Shown here: piece by piece, positions 9,513 to 18,671 of the stretch
How positions within the stretch are numbered: the first letter of the stretch is position 1
Layout: every line of letters starts with the position of its first letter
DNA from: Myxococcota bacterium
GTDB taxonomy: Bacteria > Myxococcota > XYA12-FULL-58-9 > JALHOP01
Reading direction: 5' to 3'
Assembly (NCBI GenBank): GCA_041288095.1
Contig: JBGGMJ010000086.1
Coordinates: forward strand, 1-49,715
Length of the DNA: 49,715 nucleotides
The notes under the pieces: generated by a model
The model's input: the letters and a program-made list of their open reading frames with translations, nothing else
Told to the model about the DNA's origin: nothing
Database searches by the model: none
Made by a program: the position numbers and the translations under genes

Positions 9513-10494
9513 GAATATCAGCGACATGGACCTCAACCTGCTGCGCGCCCTCGATGTCCTGGTACGCGAGCGGAACGTGACGCGCGCCGGCCGCGCTCTC
9601 GGATTGTCACAACCAGCGATGAGCAACGCGCTCACGCGTCTGCGCCAGGTCACGGGCGACCCGCTCCTCGTACGCAGCCCGGAAGGCATGTTGCCGACGC
9701 CACGGGCGCTTGAGCTAGCCGAGCCGGTTCGCCAGGCGCTCGCTCTTCTATCGCGGGCAGTGAGCGAGCACGAGACCTTCGTCCCGGAGCGTGCGACCGG
9801 CAATTTCCGCATCGCCCTCCTCGACCATAGCGCCTTCGTGTTCATGCCGCTTATCGTGAAGCGCCTGGCGGCGGTGGCGCCGAAGGTGAGCGTCGAAGCG
9901 TTGGCGTGGCGCGGCGACGACCTCAACTATCGCGAGCTACAAGCGGGCGAGATCGACTTGCTGCTGAGCGTCGGCAGCTTCTCCGAGGCCCCCGCCGGCA
10001 TCTACCGCCGACGCCTGTTCGCCGACCGCTTCGTCTGTCTGGTGCGCCAAGGCCATCCGCTGGTGAAAGACGAGCTCGATCTCGAGACCTACTGCGCCCT
10101 CTCGCACATCTTGGTGTCACCGCGCGGCGGCCGGCGCGGCATCGTCGACGACGCGCTCGATGCGCGCGGGCTCGCGCGACGCGTCGCGGTCGTGGTGCCA
10201 CACTTCATGATCGCGCCGTTCCTGGCGGCGCAGACCGACTTCATCGTCACCATCTCCGAATACGTGGCACGGCCTCTGGGGGCGCTCTTGCCGCTTGCCT
10301 TCCACGATCCGCCGCTCGAGTTCGCAAAAGGCTCGTGGTTCCAACTCTGGCACGAACGCACGCACTACGATCCGGCCCACAAATGGTTCCGCGACCAAGT
10401 GGCCGCTTTAGCGGCCGAGGTAGAGCAAGAGATCGAGAGCGGCCGCTGTCCGCGACCCGCGAAGAAGCCAACGCAGCGCCGCAAGCGAGCTTAG
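9511..10494 (+). CDS. LysR family transcriptional regulator (NodD/NahR-like)
   Basis: MDLNLLRALDVL...NVTRAG..LGLSQPAMSNALTRLR..GDPLLVR, PTPRA; C-terminal WHERTHYDPAHKWFR; divergent from yceI. Confidence 0.92.
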   Translation: MNISDMDLNLLRALDVLVRERNVTRAGRALGLSQPAMSNALTRLRQVTGDPLLVRSPEGMLPTPRALELAEPVRQALALLSRAVSEHETFVPERATGNFRIALLDHSAFVFMPLIVKRLAAVAPKVSVEALAWRGDDLNYRELQAGEIDLLLSVGSFSEAPAGIYRRRLFADRFVCLVRQGHPLVKDELDLETYCALSHILVSPRGGRRGIVDDALDARGLARRVAVVVPHFMIAPFLAAQTDFIVTISEYVARPLGALLPLAFHDPPLEFAKGSWFQLWHERTHYDPAHKWFRDQVAALAAEVEQEIESGRCPRPAKKPTQRRKRA

Positions 10495-10499
10495 TACGC

Positions 10500-11492
10500 T
10501 CACATGAAGCGCGCCGCGCCCTGAGTGCCGCCGATGGTGCCGTCGGAACGGTATTCAGGATCGAGCAGCTCGCTGATGCGCGCCATCATCACCCTAGTCG
10601 CGCCCTCGAACGCGTCGCCGTGTCTGTCGGTCGCCTGGCGTGTGAAGGGCGTGAACTCCGCGCGGACGCGGTACGGGCCGAGCTCGGGCCCGTCGAGCGA
10701 GAGCGGCGGCGCGATGCGGTAGACGATGCGGCCACCCTTCGCGAGCGGACTGTTTCCCGGGTACACCTTGTCGGCTCCGTTGCTGCCGACACAAACGATG
10801 TCGACACCGACGTGTTGAGCCATCTGCATGAGGCCGGTGAAACCGCGCTGCAGGCGCACCGACCGCGTTCCTTCCGGAAACACCAGCACGTTGCAGTCGT
10901 GGGTGAACAACGCGGCGCGATTGAGGCGAACTACCTCCTGCATCATGGCGTCGAAAAGCGCATCGAAGCGCTCGCGGAAGGTCGCGGTGTCGTTCGCACG
11001 CTCGCCGTCGCCGAAGCGCTCGACCATCTCGCGCACCTCCGGCTCGAGCTCGGCGATGTCCGGTAATGCCTTGCCGTCGACGATGTCGCGCAGCGTGCGA
11101 TAGCCCGACTCGCTGGGCGGCCGCTTCATGAGCTTGCGAAACTCGGTGGTGATGACGTAGCCGCGCGAGGGTACCGGGATGTTGTTGGTGGCGTCGAAGA
11201 ACCGCGCCATCACCGCGTTCTCGTAGTACTTGCCCTTCACCCAAGTGGCCGTGAAGCGCGGGAGCCCCTGGCGATACATCTGATACTGGAAAGGCCAGTA
11301 GTTGTAGCGATCGGTGTGATTCATGGCGAAGAACACGGGTCGATCGACCGGGATGTTGCCCACGCCCTCGAGGATGATTTCGGTGGGCCGCGGCCAGTTG
11401 TAGTCGACGCGCATCACGGTGTCCGCGAGGACGACCTGGCCGAACGGCCGGCGGTGCAATCGCAGCTTCTTGAGACGTTTCAAGTCCAGCAT
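10500..11492 (-). CDS. Lysophospholipid acyltransferase family protein (PlsC-like)
   Basis: FAMNHTDRYN (block I variant), VFPEGTRS (block III); start at MLDLKR uncertain. Confidence 0.78.
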   Translation of the reverse strand: MLDLKRLKKLRLHRRPFGQVVLADTVMRVDYNWPRPTEIILEGVGNIPVDRPVFFAMNHTDRYNYWPFQYQMYRQGLPRFTATWVKGKYYENAVMARFFDATNNIPVPSRGYVITTEFRKLMKRPPSESGYRTLRDIVDGKALPDIAELEPEVREMVERFGDGERANDTATFRERFDALFDAMMQEVVRLNRAALFTHDCNVLVFPEGTRSVRLQRGFTGLMQMAQHVGVDIVCVGSNGADKVYPGNSPLAKGGRIVYRIAPPLSLDGPELGPYRVRAEFTPFTRQATDRHGDAFEGATRVMMARISELLDPEYRSDGTIGGTQGAARFM

Positions 11493-11539
11493 CGGCCGAA
11501 AGATTACGTCGGCGACGCGGCCGGAGTACAGTCGCCGTG

Positions 11540-13738
11540 ATGGTAAGCTTGGGGCTCTTTGCGCTCCTCGTGACACTGGCGAAACAAACGCCGCTCGAGC
11601 AGATGACGTCCGCGTACGAGCGTGGAGAAATCAGCCGCGCGATGCGCCTCGCCACGACCATCGCCGAAGACCCCGCGAGCGACCCCGAGGCGCTCAAGTC
11701 CGCGGCGCTGGTGCGGCTCTTCGCCGCCGTCCGCCGCGGCGACCACGCGACCGTCATCGCCGAGCTCCAGCGGGTCGCGCAGGCCGGAGCCGACCTGGGT
11801 GACTACGCCATGGTGCTCGAGGTCAACGCGCAGATGGGCGTGCGCGACTGCGCCACGGCCGACGCCAAGGCCGAGCAACTCGCGCAAAGCTCGCCCTTCG
11901 CCGCCGCCGCGTGGTCCCGGGTCGCGGCCTGTTGGCTCCGAGCCCGCGATCTGGCTCGTGCCGATGTCGCCGCCACCAAGGGGCATGCGCTTGCGCGCAA
12001 CGACGGACAGATCGCCGAGATCGACGTCACCCGTGCTCGCCTAGCCCTGGCCACCGGCGATCGAAAAGCCACCGTGGCGATGCTGCGCCATACGGCCGCC
12101 ACGTACCCACACACCGCCGCGGGGCACACGGCCCGGTCGCAGCTCGAAGCGCTGGGGGCTCGCGCGCCGGCCCCCACCGCCGAGGACTTGGTGGAGCGCG
12201 CCGATCTCGAGCGCATTCTCGCCAAATGGCTGGCGCGCCGCACCTACCGCGCCGCCCTCGCTTTCCCGAAAGCGCCGCCGCTCATCCGCGCCCGCGCGCG
12301 CTTGGGTCAGATCGAGCTCGATGTGGTCGACAAATACTACTGGCGCGCCATGACCTCGCTCGACGCGCTGCTCAAAGGCGAGCGGCATCCCGAAATCCGC
12401 GCGCACGCGTTGTTCATTCGCGGCGATATCCACGCCCGCAACGGCAAGCTCACGGCGGCGCTGGACGACTTCGCGACAGCTTGTACCGAGCAACCCGCCG
12501 AGCCCTACAGCCGCGAAGGGGCGCTCATGGGCGCGCGCATCGCCTATGTCAGCCGCGATCTGGCACGCGCCACATGGTTCACCGAGTGGTTGCTCAAAGC
12601 AGAGAAGGCCGACCGCGCGCCGGCGCTCATCACCGAAGACGGCGCCATCGGCCCCGGCCACACCACGAGCGAGCTGGTGGACGCGGCGAGTTGGTACGCC
12701 GCTTGGACCGAACGCCGCAAAGGCGCGCCCCGCGAGCACATCGACACGTTGCTCGCGGCCATCGACGTGCGCGGCTCGATGGGCCCGGCGGCGCTCTATT
12801 GGCGGTTGCGCTATGCGCTCGATCAGAAGGACGACGAGCGAGCGCGGCACTTCGCGGCGACGCTCCTCGAGGTCGCGCCGACGTCGTATTACGCCCTCGC
12901 CGCGGCGGACCTCACCTGCGGCGCAGATCCCACGTGCCCCATGCGCCTCACCATCGGCGAGGCCGCGCGCGTGCCCGGCGCCGACGCGCCGCCTCCGCGG
13001 AATCCGAGCCGAGCGTTCGTCGGCGTCGTCACGCTGCACGTAGCCGGCCTCACGCGTGAAGCGGAGAAGCTCGCGAGGTTGGTGCCGCAGAGCTCGCTCG
13101 AAGGGCAGGACAAGCTCGTCGTCGCCTGGCTGCACGCCCGCGACGGCGACGTCCGCCATAGCGCCATGGCGACGCGCAAGCTGGTCACCGGGCCGCTCGC
13201 CGAGCTGGCCGATCCGCTGGTGTTCGCTTTAGCGTACCCGCGTCCACACAAGGAGATCGTCGACAAGACGGCGGAGAGCTACGACCTACCCCCCGAGCTC
13301 GTCTATGCGGTGATCCGCGAGGAGAGCTCGTTCGACGTGCGCGCCATGTCTCCCCGGGCCGCGCGCGGCCTCATGCAGATGATGCGGCCGACGGCGATGC
13401 GCATCGCCAAGGATCTGAAGGAGCGCGGCTTCCAGGCACGGCAGCTCTTCGATCCACCGGTCTCGATCCGCTTCGGCACACACTACCTGTCGAGCTTGCT
13501 CGAGATGTTCGACGGTGACGTCGCGGCGGTGGCGGCGTCGTACCACGCGGGCGAGACCGCCGTTTCGCGCTGGCGCAACCGACTCGGCGAGCTGTCACTC
13601 GACGAGTTCGTCGAGGAGATCCCGTACGCCAGCACCCGCCGCTACGTGCAGAAGGTCATCGCCTCCTACGGCATGTACCGCCTGCTCTACGGCCACCCGG
13701 GCGGCACCCTGCTCAAGGTCGAGAACAAGCAGCTCTAG
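11540..13738 (+). CDS. Soluble lytic murein transglycosylase (Slt-type) with TPR-like helical repeats
   Basis: Signal peptide; C-terminal SLT domain AVIREESSF, ARGLMQMM, ASYHAG, EEIPYASTRRYV. Confidence 0.88.
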   Translation: MVSLGLFALLVTLAKQTPLEQMTSAYERGEISRAMRLATTIAEDPASDPEALKSAALVRLFAAVRRGDHATVIAELQRVAQAGADLGDYAMVLEVNAQMGVRDCATADAKAEQLAQSSPFAAAAWSRVAACWLRARDLARADVAATKGHALARNDGQIAEIDVTRARLALATGDRKATVAMLRHTAATYPHTAAGHTARSQLEALGARAPAPTAEDLVERADLERILAKWLARRTYRAALAFPKAPPLIRARARLGQIELDVVDKYYWRAMTSLDALLKGERHPEIRAHALFIRGDIHARNGKLTAALDDFATACTEQPAEPYSREGALMGARIAYVSRDLARATWFTEWLLKAEKADRAPALITEDGAIGPGHTTSELVDAASWYAAWTERRKGAPREHIDTLLAAIDVRGSMGPAALYWRLRYALDQKDDERARHFAATLLEVAPTSYYALAAADLTCGADPTCPMRLTIGEAARVPGADAPPPRNPSRAFVGVVTLHVAGLTREAEKLARLVPQSSLEGQDKLVVAWLHARDGDVRHSAMATRKLVTGPLAELADPLVFALAYPRPHKEIVDKTAESYDLPPELVYAVIREESSFDVRAMSPRAARGLMQMMRPTAMRIAKDLKERGFQARQLFDPPVSIRFGTHYLSSLLEMFDGDVAAVAASYHAGETAVSRWRNRLGELSLDEFVEEIPYASTRRYVQKVIASYGMYRLLYGHPGGTLLKVENKQL

Positions 13739-15381
13739 CTGGAGCCGCGGTGGCCAATCATGATGACCACGTAGACGGCGTTGTCACCGAGCTGCGGATG
13801 CCGCCCTTGGGCCACCCCGATGCCGATGGCCGTGGCGCCATGGCGAAGCAGCCGCTCCGACGAAGCCCGATCGGCGTCCGCGACCACGACGATCTCCGTG
13901 GTGACGGTGGCATAGCGACGCGCCGCCCGCTCGAGTGACGGCGGCTTGGCCTCGCCTCCGGAGCGTGCGAGAGCGACGGCGAACGACTGTGCCAGCGAGT
14001 CGAGCGCCTTGTCGCTCGCCAATGGCGCGAGCTTCGAACGGGAGCGCTGCGCTTCCAATGCGCGCTGGACCGCGGTGCGGGCGCTGCGCAGATCGACCGG
14101 CCCCACCACGCGCGTGAACAGCTCGGTGGCATACAGCTCGGGATTGGAGCCGCCCGCCGCCATGACGACGCCGATGCCGACGTGCGTGACCTCGGAGTTC
14201 AAGATGTTGGCGCGGTGGCCGGGACTGTTCATGAGGCCGGCATGCGCTTCGTCGGCGGAGTGGGCGAACGCGACGTTCTCGAGCAGCAGCGGCGACGCGA
14301 GCCCCGCGGCGCGAGCGCGATCGCTCGGTCCACCCGTCGATGGCGAGACGTGGCCCACGAAATCGTTGTCGCGCATGTCTTCGCTGTGACCGCGCGCTAC
14401 CTCGGCGGCGCGCTCGTCCCAGGCCACGGGCGGCAAGCCGAACTCGCGGCGCTCGCGGTTCACGAGGTCGAAGATCTGTTGTTCGGTCTCGGCGACTCCG
14501 ACATCGCCGGTATTGGGCATCTCGATGCGCACGCTCGACGGTGCATCGATGCCGCACCACACCGGAAAGTTGGCGAGCACTTGGGGGCCGCGCGCGCCGG
14601 TGCCGATGAGCTCGACCTGCTGGCGTCCTTCCGCCGGGCAGTCGACGCTGCCGTTGAACGCGTGGCCGGCACGCGCCGACAGCGTTTGTTTCACGGTCGA
14701 GCCGTCCGGGCGGGTCACGAAGAGCTCCGGCGTGCCGTAAGGGTCGAGGACCCGTCCGCGCAAGCGGACACGCGCGCCCATGGCCAGCTCGCGCGGCACG
14801 GGCTCGAGATCGATGAAGCTCTGCTGCAGCACCAAGACGACCACCATCGAGCCGTCGCCGATGCTCACCGAGCCCGCTCCAACTCGGCGCGGCGGCATCG
14901 AACGCAGCGGCGAGTCGATTTGGCGCTCGAGCTCGGCGACAACGTGGTCGAGGCTCTCGCCTTCGCGGGTGCGGAGAATAACGAGCTGCGGGGACGGTTC
15001 CACGACGCCGTAACGCGCCAGCGCGAACTCGATGGCGCGATAAGGGGGCGGCCGGCCGGTGCCCGACAAGCGCGCCATGTCCTCGGCGACGGTGCACAGA
15101 CGCGGATCGAGGCCCGGCGGCGGTTGGCCCAAGGCGTTGGCATGTCGCTGCACCATGCCGGTGAGCGCGTTCACGAGGTCGCTGGTGGGCTCCGCCGACG
15201 CCGGGAGCTCGCCGTTGTATTGCAGGGACGCCCGGCTGCGCGGGGCGTAGACCACCGCCGGCGAGACCTGCTCGGGCGTGACAATCGTCGCGGTGCCCGA
15301 AGGAGCGTCCGAACGCCGGCCGTGGGCGCAGGCGCAGAGGGCCACTGCCACAAGCAACGCATGAGGGGCCCGGACGGACAT
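13735..15381 (-). CDS. CAP (SCP/PR-1) domain lipoprotein
   Basis: Lipobox-like ALCAC; central CAP LVNRERR, HSEDM, ENVA, LMNSPGHRANIL, VGIGV. Confidence 0.85.
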   Translation of the reverse strand: MSVRAPHALLVAVALCACAHGRRSDAPSGTATIVTPEQVSPAVVYAPRSRASLQYNGELPASAEPTSDLVNALTGMVQRHANALGQPPPGLDPRLCTVAEDMARLSGTGRPPPYRAIEFALARYGVVEPSPQLVILRTREGESLDHVVAELERQIDSPLRSMPPRRVGAGSVSIGDGSMVVVLVLQQSFIDLEPVPRELAMGARVRLRGRVLDPYGTPELFVTRPDGSTVKQTLSARAGHAFNGSVDCPAEGRQQVELIGTGARGPQVLANFPVWCGIDAPSSVRIEMPNTGDVGVAETEQQIFDLVNRERREFGLPPVAWDERAAEVARGHSEDMRDNDFVGHVSPSTGGPSDRARAAGLASPLLLENVAFAHSADEAHAGLMNSPGHRANILNSEVTHVGIGVVMAAGGSNPELYATELFTRVVGPVDLRSARTAVQRALEAQRSRSKLAPLASDKALDSLAQSFAVALARSGGEAKPPSLERAARRYATVTTEIVVVADADRASSERLLRHGATAIGIGVAQGRHPQLGDNAVYVVIMIGHRGSS

Positions 15382-15445
15382 CGCGATCCGAGGATAGCGC
15401 GCAAATTGCCGCGAGCAACTGCTTCCCGTAGTCTTCCTCGTACCG

Positions 15446-15859
15446 ATGACGCATCCCCTGGAGAACGAGGCCCTGAAGGTCGCGCGAAGCGCCCGGCAGC
15501 GCGCCTATGCACCCTATTCCAAGTTCCGGGTCGGCGCCGCCGTCATCTTGAAGAGCGGTCGCGTCGTCGCCGGCTGCAACGTCGAGAACGCGACCTATGG
15601 AGCGACGGTGTGCGCGGAACGGACCGCCCTGTGGACGGCTGTCGCGACCCACGGTGAGCGCGACGTCGAGGCCATCGTCATCGTCGCCGAGGGCGATGGG
15701 CCGGTGGTGCCCTGCGCGCTCTGCCTGCAAATCATGGCCGAGTTTTGCGCGCCGTCGATGCCCATCGTCCTGGCCGACATGAACGCCGTGCAAGAGCGCA
15801 CGACCTTCGGCGCCTTGTTGCCGCGACCATTCGGCCCGGGGTCGTTTACTCCGCCGTAG
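15446..15859 (+). CDS. cdd: Cytidine deaminase (homotetrameric type)
   Basis: AYAPYSKFRVGAA, GCNVENATYG, CAERTAL, PCALC zinc motif. Confidence 0.95.
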   Translation: MTHPLENEALKVARSARQRAYAPYSKFRVGAAVILKSGRVVAGCNVENATYGATVCAERTALWTAVATHGERDVEAIVIVAEGDGPVVPCALCLQIMAEFCAPSMPIVLADMNAVQERTTFGALLPRPFGPGSFTPP

Positions 15860-16688
15860 CGGACGGGAGCGAAAACATCGCGCCCTTGTTGGGTCCTTCG
15901 TAGGCGCGCACCATCAGCCGTCGGGCGTCGAGCCCCTGGCCGCGCACGAGCTCTTCGAACGCGAAGTGGGCGATGTTTTCGATGGTCGGCTCGACGGGTA
16001 GCGGCACGATGCGACCCGCGGGCAGGAGCGCCGTGAAGTCCCCTTGCGCGGCCCGATAGGCGACCGCGTCACCGCTGACGTCGCGTCCCGACGCGAAATG
16101 CGCGCCGTCGAAGCGGCGCACCAACAGGCTCTCGAGCTCGGGATCGCGAATGCCGTCCCAGATCACCACGAAGACCCCGCGGTGCCCGTGTAGGAGACGC
16201 TGGCAGTTGCCGTCGTGGTGACGCAGCCCATGGGTGTACGCGAAGCTCGCTTGTTGTTCGGCACGGCCGTCGCGGGCGAAGTGGCAGCGCAAAGCGCTGA
16301 CGTTCGGTGGCAAGTGCGGCGCGACCAGCTGCTCGACGCGCTGCGAGATGATGTCGTGCGTGATGGCGATGGCGTCCAACCGGGCGATGGCCGACGGCGG
16401 AGCTTCGTAAGTCAGGTTGCCGTAGCGGACGATGACGCGTCCGCCGATCTCCTCGACGATGAGCTCGCGGTCGCGGTCGGGCAGCAGCAAGCGGTGGTCG
16501 AGCTCGCCGTCGACGAGTTGCTTCACCATCGGCTTGAGCTTGCCGAAGTCGACGATGAAGCCATTGTGATCGAGCTCGCCTCGGAGCTCGATGGTGAGGA
16601 TGAGGCTGTCGCCGGCGATGCGGACGTCCGGTCGCAAGTAGGCGTAGTCGACGACGGTGACGTTTTCGACGAACAAGGTCACCGGCAT
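15846..16688 (-). CDS. Tandem-domain 6-carboxytetrahydropterin/6-pyruvoyltetrahydropterin synthase (QueD/PTPS-like)
   Basis: N-domain GFIVDFG..K...LDHRLL; C-domain THGL..HDGNCQRLLHGH and PTIENIA. Confidence 0.8.
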   Translation of the reverse strand: MPVTLFVENVTVVDYAYLRPDVRIAGDSLILTIELRGELDHNGFIVDFGKLKPMVKQLVDGELDHRLLLPDRDRELIVEEIGGRVIVRYGNLTYEAPPSAIARLDAIAITHDIISQRVEQLVAPHLPPNVSALRCHFARDGRAEQQASFAYTHGLRHHDGNCQRLLHGHRGVFVVIWDGIRDPELESLLVRRFDGAHFASGRDVSGDAVAYRAAQGDFTALLPAGRIVPLPVEPTIENIAHFAFEELVRGQGLDARRLMVRAYEGPNKGAMFSLPSATAE

Positions 16689-17707
16689 GCGACGTCTACC
16701 TCACGCTTCAATTCGGCCGAGGCCCTGCTCCAAGCTCGGACCTCCGCACGTGCCTGCTCGGCTCCCTGCGTGAGTCGTGCCAGCACCTCGGCATTGTCGC
16801 AGACTATGGCCAAGGCGCGAGTCATTTCATCGACCTCTCCGGCACGCGCCAAAACACCGGCTCCCTCGGGCAATAGACGCCCGGCGGCGCCGGCGCTGGT
16901 CGCGAGCACCGGGACACCGCGGGCGAGCGCTTCGAGCACGCCGGTGCCATGTGGGTCGTAGTGCGCCGGCAAGGTGACGAGATCGGCGCCGTGATAGGCG
17001 CTTTTCACATCGCTGGCGCTGGCGGACGCGATCCAGCGAATCCGGTCCGAGAGCCCCGCGCTGTCCGCTTTAGCTTGCACATGCGCGAGCCACGGTGGGT
17101 CGCTCTCGGAAGCGACACACGTCAGATGCCAATCACGGCTCGCGAGGGGCGCCAGAGCGTCGATGAGCGCATCATGGCCGGCGCTCCGCACGACCGGCGC
17201 AGCGCAGACCAGGGACAGGCGCTCGCCACGCTTGCGAGAGCCTTCGGCGAGTGGCGCTCGATCGGCGCCCGGCATGATGACCGCGAGCTGATCCGGGAGC
17301 ACGCCGATGGCGCCGAGGCTCATTGCCGTATGCAAGCTCGGAACGATGATGCGCCGAGCGTACGGCAAGGTGCCGGCATCGACGGCGGCCAGCTCGCGCT
17401 CGTCGATGCCCGTAAAACGCGGGTCACGGTGACTGGGTCGATGGGCGATGACGACGAGACGAAGCCGCCGCGCTTGCGCCCGGAATGCCGGTCCGACGAG
17501 CGGCAAGATGGTGCTCGAAGCGAGCACGCCAGTCGCGTCCGGGAGCGCCGCGAGCGTCGCCACCAAGCGGGCATGGGTTTGGGCATTTTCCGTCGCACTT
17601 CCAAGGGTGAAGCGCTGGGTGTCGACCCCCAGGGCAGCGGTGGCGCGTTCTTCGTAGGTTCGCGCGTCGACGTCGCCGCGCGCCATTGCGCCCGTCAGGA
17701 AGAGCAT
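16679..17707 (-). CDS. Glycosyltransferase family 4-like protein (divergent)
   Basis: GT-B features IIVPS, IMPGAD, ADLVTLP, LEALARGVPVLAT, RAWS; RBS GGAGAAG; 10-bp overlap with QueD-like gene. Confidence 0.75.
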   Translation of the reverse strand: MLFLTGAMARGDVDARTYEERATAALGVDTQRFTLGSATENAQTHARLVATLAALPDATGVLASSTILPLVGPAFRAQARRLRLVVIAHRPSHRDPRFTGIDERELAAVDAGTLPYARRIIVPSLHTAMSLGAIGVLPDQLAVIMPGADRAPLAEGSRKRGERLSLVCAAPVVRSAGHDALIDALAPLASRDWHLTCVASESDPPWLAHVQAKADSAGLSDRIRWIASASASDVKSAYHGADLVTLPAHYDPHGTGVLEALARGVPVLATSAGAAGRLLPEGAGVLARAGEVDEMTRALAIVCDNAEVLARLTQGAEQARAEVRAWSRASAELKREVDVACR

Positions 17708-17815
17708 GCGCAGGCTTCTCCGCGAAATCGCGGGCGAAGAGAAGCGTCGCTTGCACTGACGACCCTGGCGCGAGCGTGACGTAGATCGCACATTGACCGG
17801 TGACCGGCGCGAGCC

Positions 17816-17876
17816 CGGACAGCACAAGTGTCCGCTCCACCGTCACAGTTGTCCGCTTGGTAAGGCTTGGCGGACA
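17816..17876. repeat. Four TGTCCG/CGGACA motifs in direct and inverted arrangement
   Basis: CGGACA 17816, TGTCCGCT 17829, TGTCCGCT 17850, GCGGACA 17870. Confidence 0.55.
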
Positions 17877-17988
17877 CTCCACTAGGCTAGAGATCCCTTG
17901 AGTCAGAACCCCGCGTATTCCTTAGGAAATGCGCGAACCTGTCGGATTCTCGCAATATTTTGGGCTCGCCGCGCGACCCCGCCGATAA

Positions 17989-18005
17989 TTGGCAGCCTTC
18001 TTGAA
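17989..18005 (+). promoter_or_regulatory. Possible sigma54-like promoter of mlaC-like gene (GA instead of GC at -12)
   Basis: TTGGCAGCCTTCTTGAA = TGGCA-N6-TTGA, 63 bp before the ATG. Confidence 0.35.
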
Positions 18006-18068
18006 TAGACTAGTGGCTGCCGAGTCGGCAGAAGACTCGGGCAGAAAGTGCGAGTGGAGAAGAACGTC

Positions 18069-18668
18069 ATGAGCAAGCGCATCTACACCCTGTTGACCTC
18101 GCTGTTGGTCGCTTTCGGCGTCGCGGCTTCGCCCGCCTACGCGACCGGTGCTGGCGAGTTGAAGACGCAGACTTCGCGTTTGCTGCAGCAGTGGACCAGC
18201 AAGAGCAACGCCGGTGTGTTGCCCGCGGACGTCGTCAACAGCTTCGACTACGAAACCTTCGCGAGCGAAGCCATCAAGACTCACGCGGCCCAGCTCAACA
18301 CGCAGCAAGCCGCCAAGTATCAGCAGATCTTCCAGGCTCTGCTCAAGAAGACGGTGCACCGTCAGGCCGGTTCCGCTTTGGCGGACACGAAGTACACGGT
18401 CGGCGAAGCCAAGGTCGACGGCACCAAGGCGACCGTCGTGGTCGACGCGACGATGCCGAAGGACGACACCCAGACGAGCGTGGTCTTCACCTGGCGCAAG
18501 AAGGGCGAAGATTGGAAGATCGTCGACCTCTCGATCGATGGCGGCTCGCTGGTGCGCGACTACAGCAATCAGTTCGGTCGCATCATCAAGCGTGACGGCG
18601 TAGACGCGCTCATCTCGCGTCTCGACAAGCGCCTCGCCGGCACCAGCGAAGAGTCCGCGCGGCTCTAA
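18069..18668 (+). CDS. MlaC/Ttg2D family periplasmic phospholipid-binding protein
   Basis: Signal peptide (AYA); FDYETFA, WKIVDLSIDGGSLVRDYSNQF, GVDALISRL; RBS GGAGA. Confidence 0.85.
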   Translation: MSKRIYTLLTSLLVAFGVAASPAYATGAGELKTQTSRLLQQWTSKSNAGVLPADVVNSFDYETFASEAIKTHAAQLNTQQAAKYQQIFQALLKKTVHRQAGSALADTKYTVGEAKVDGTKATVVVDATMPKDDTQTSVVFTWRKKGEDWKIVDLSIDGGSLVRDYSNQFGRIIKRDGVDALISRLDKRLAGTSEESARL

Positions 18669-18671
18669 GCG

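Noticed and set aside
13784..15793. Long alternative ORFs (669 aa here; also 23962-25743, 14182-15657, 10594-11757)
   Set aside because: Shadow frames of well-supported genes, typical of high-GC DNA, with no recognisable motifs.
17981..17988. GCCGATAA, a perfect sigma28 -10 element
   Set aside because: No TAAA-like -35 at the required spacing.
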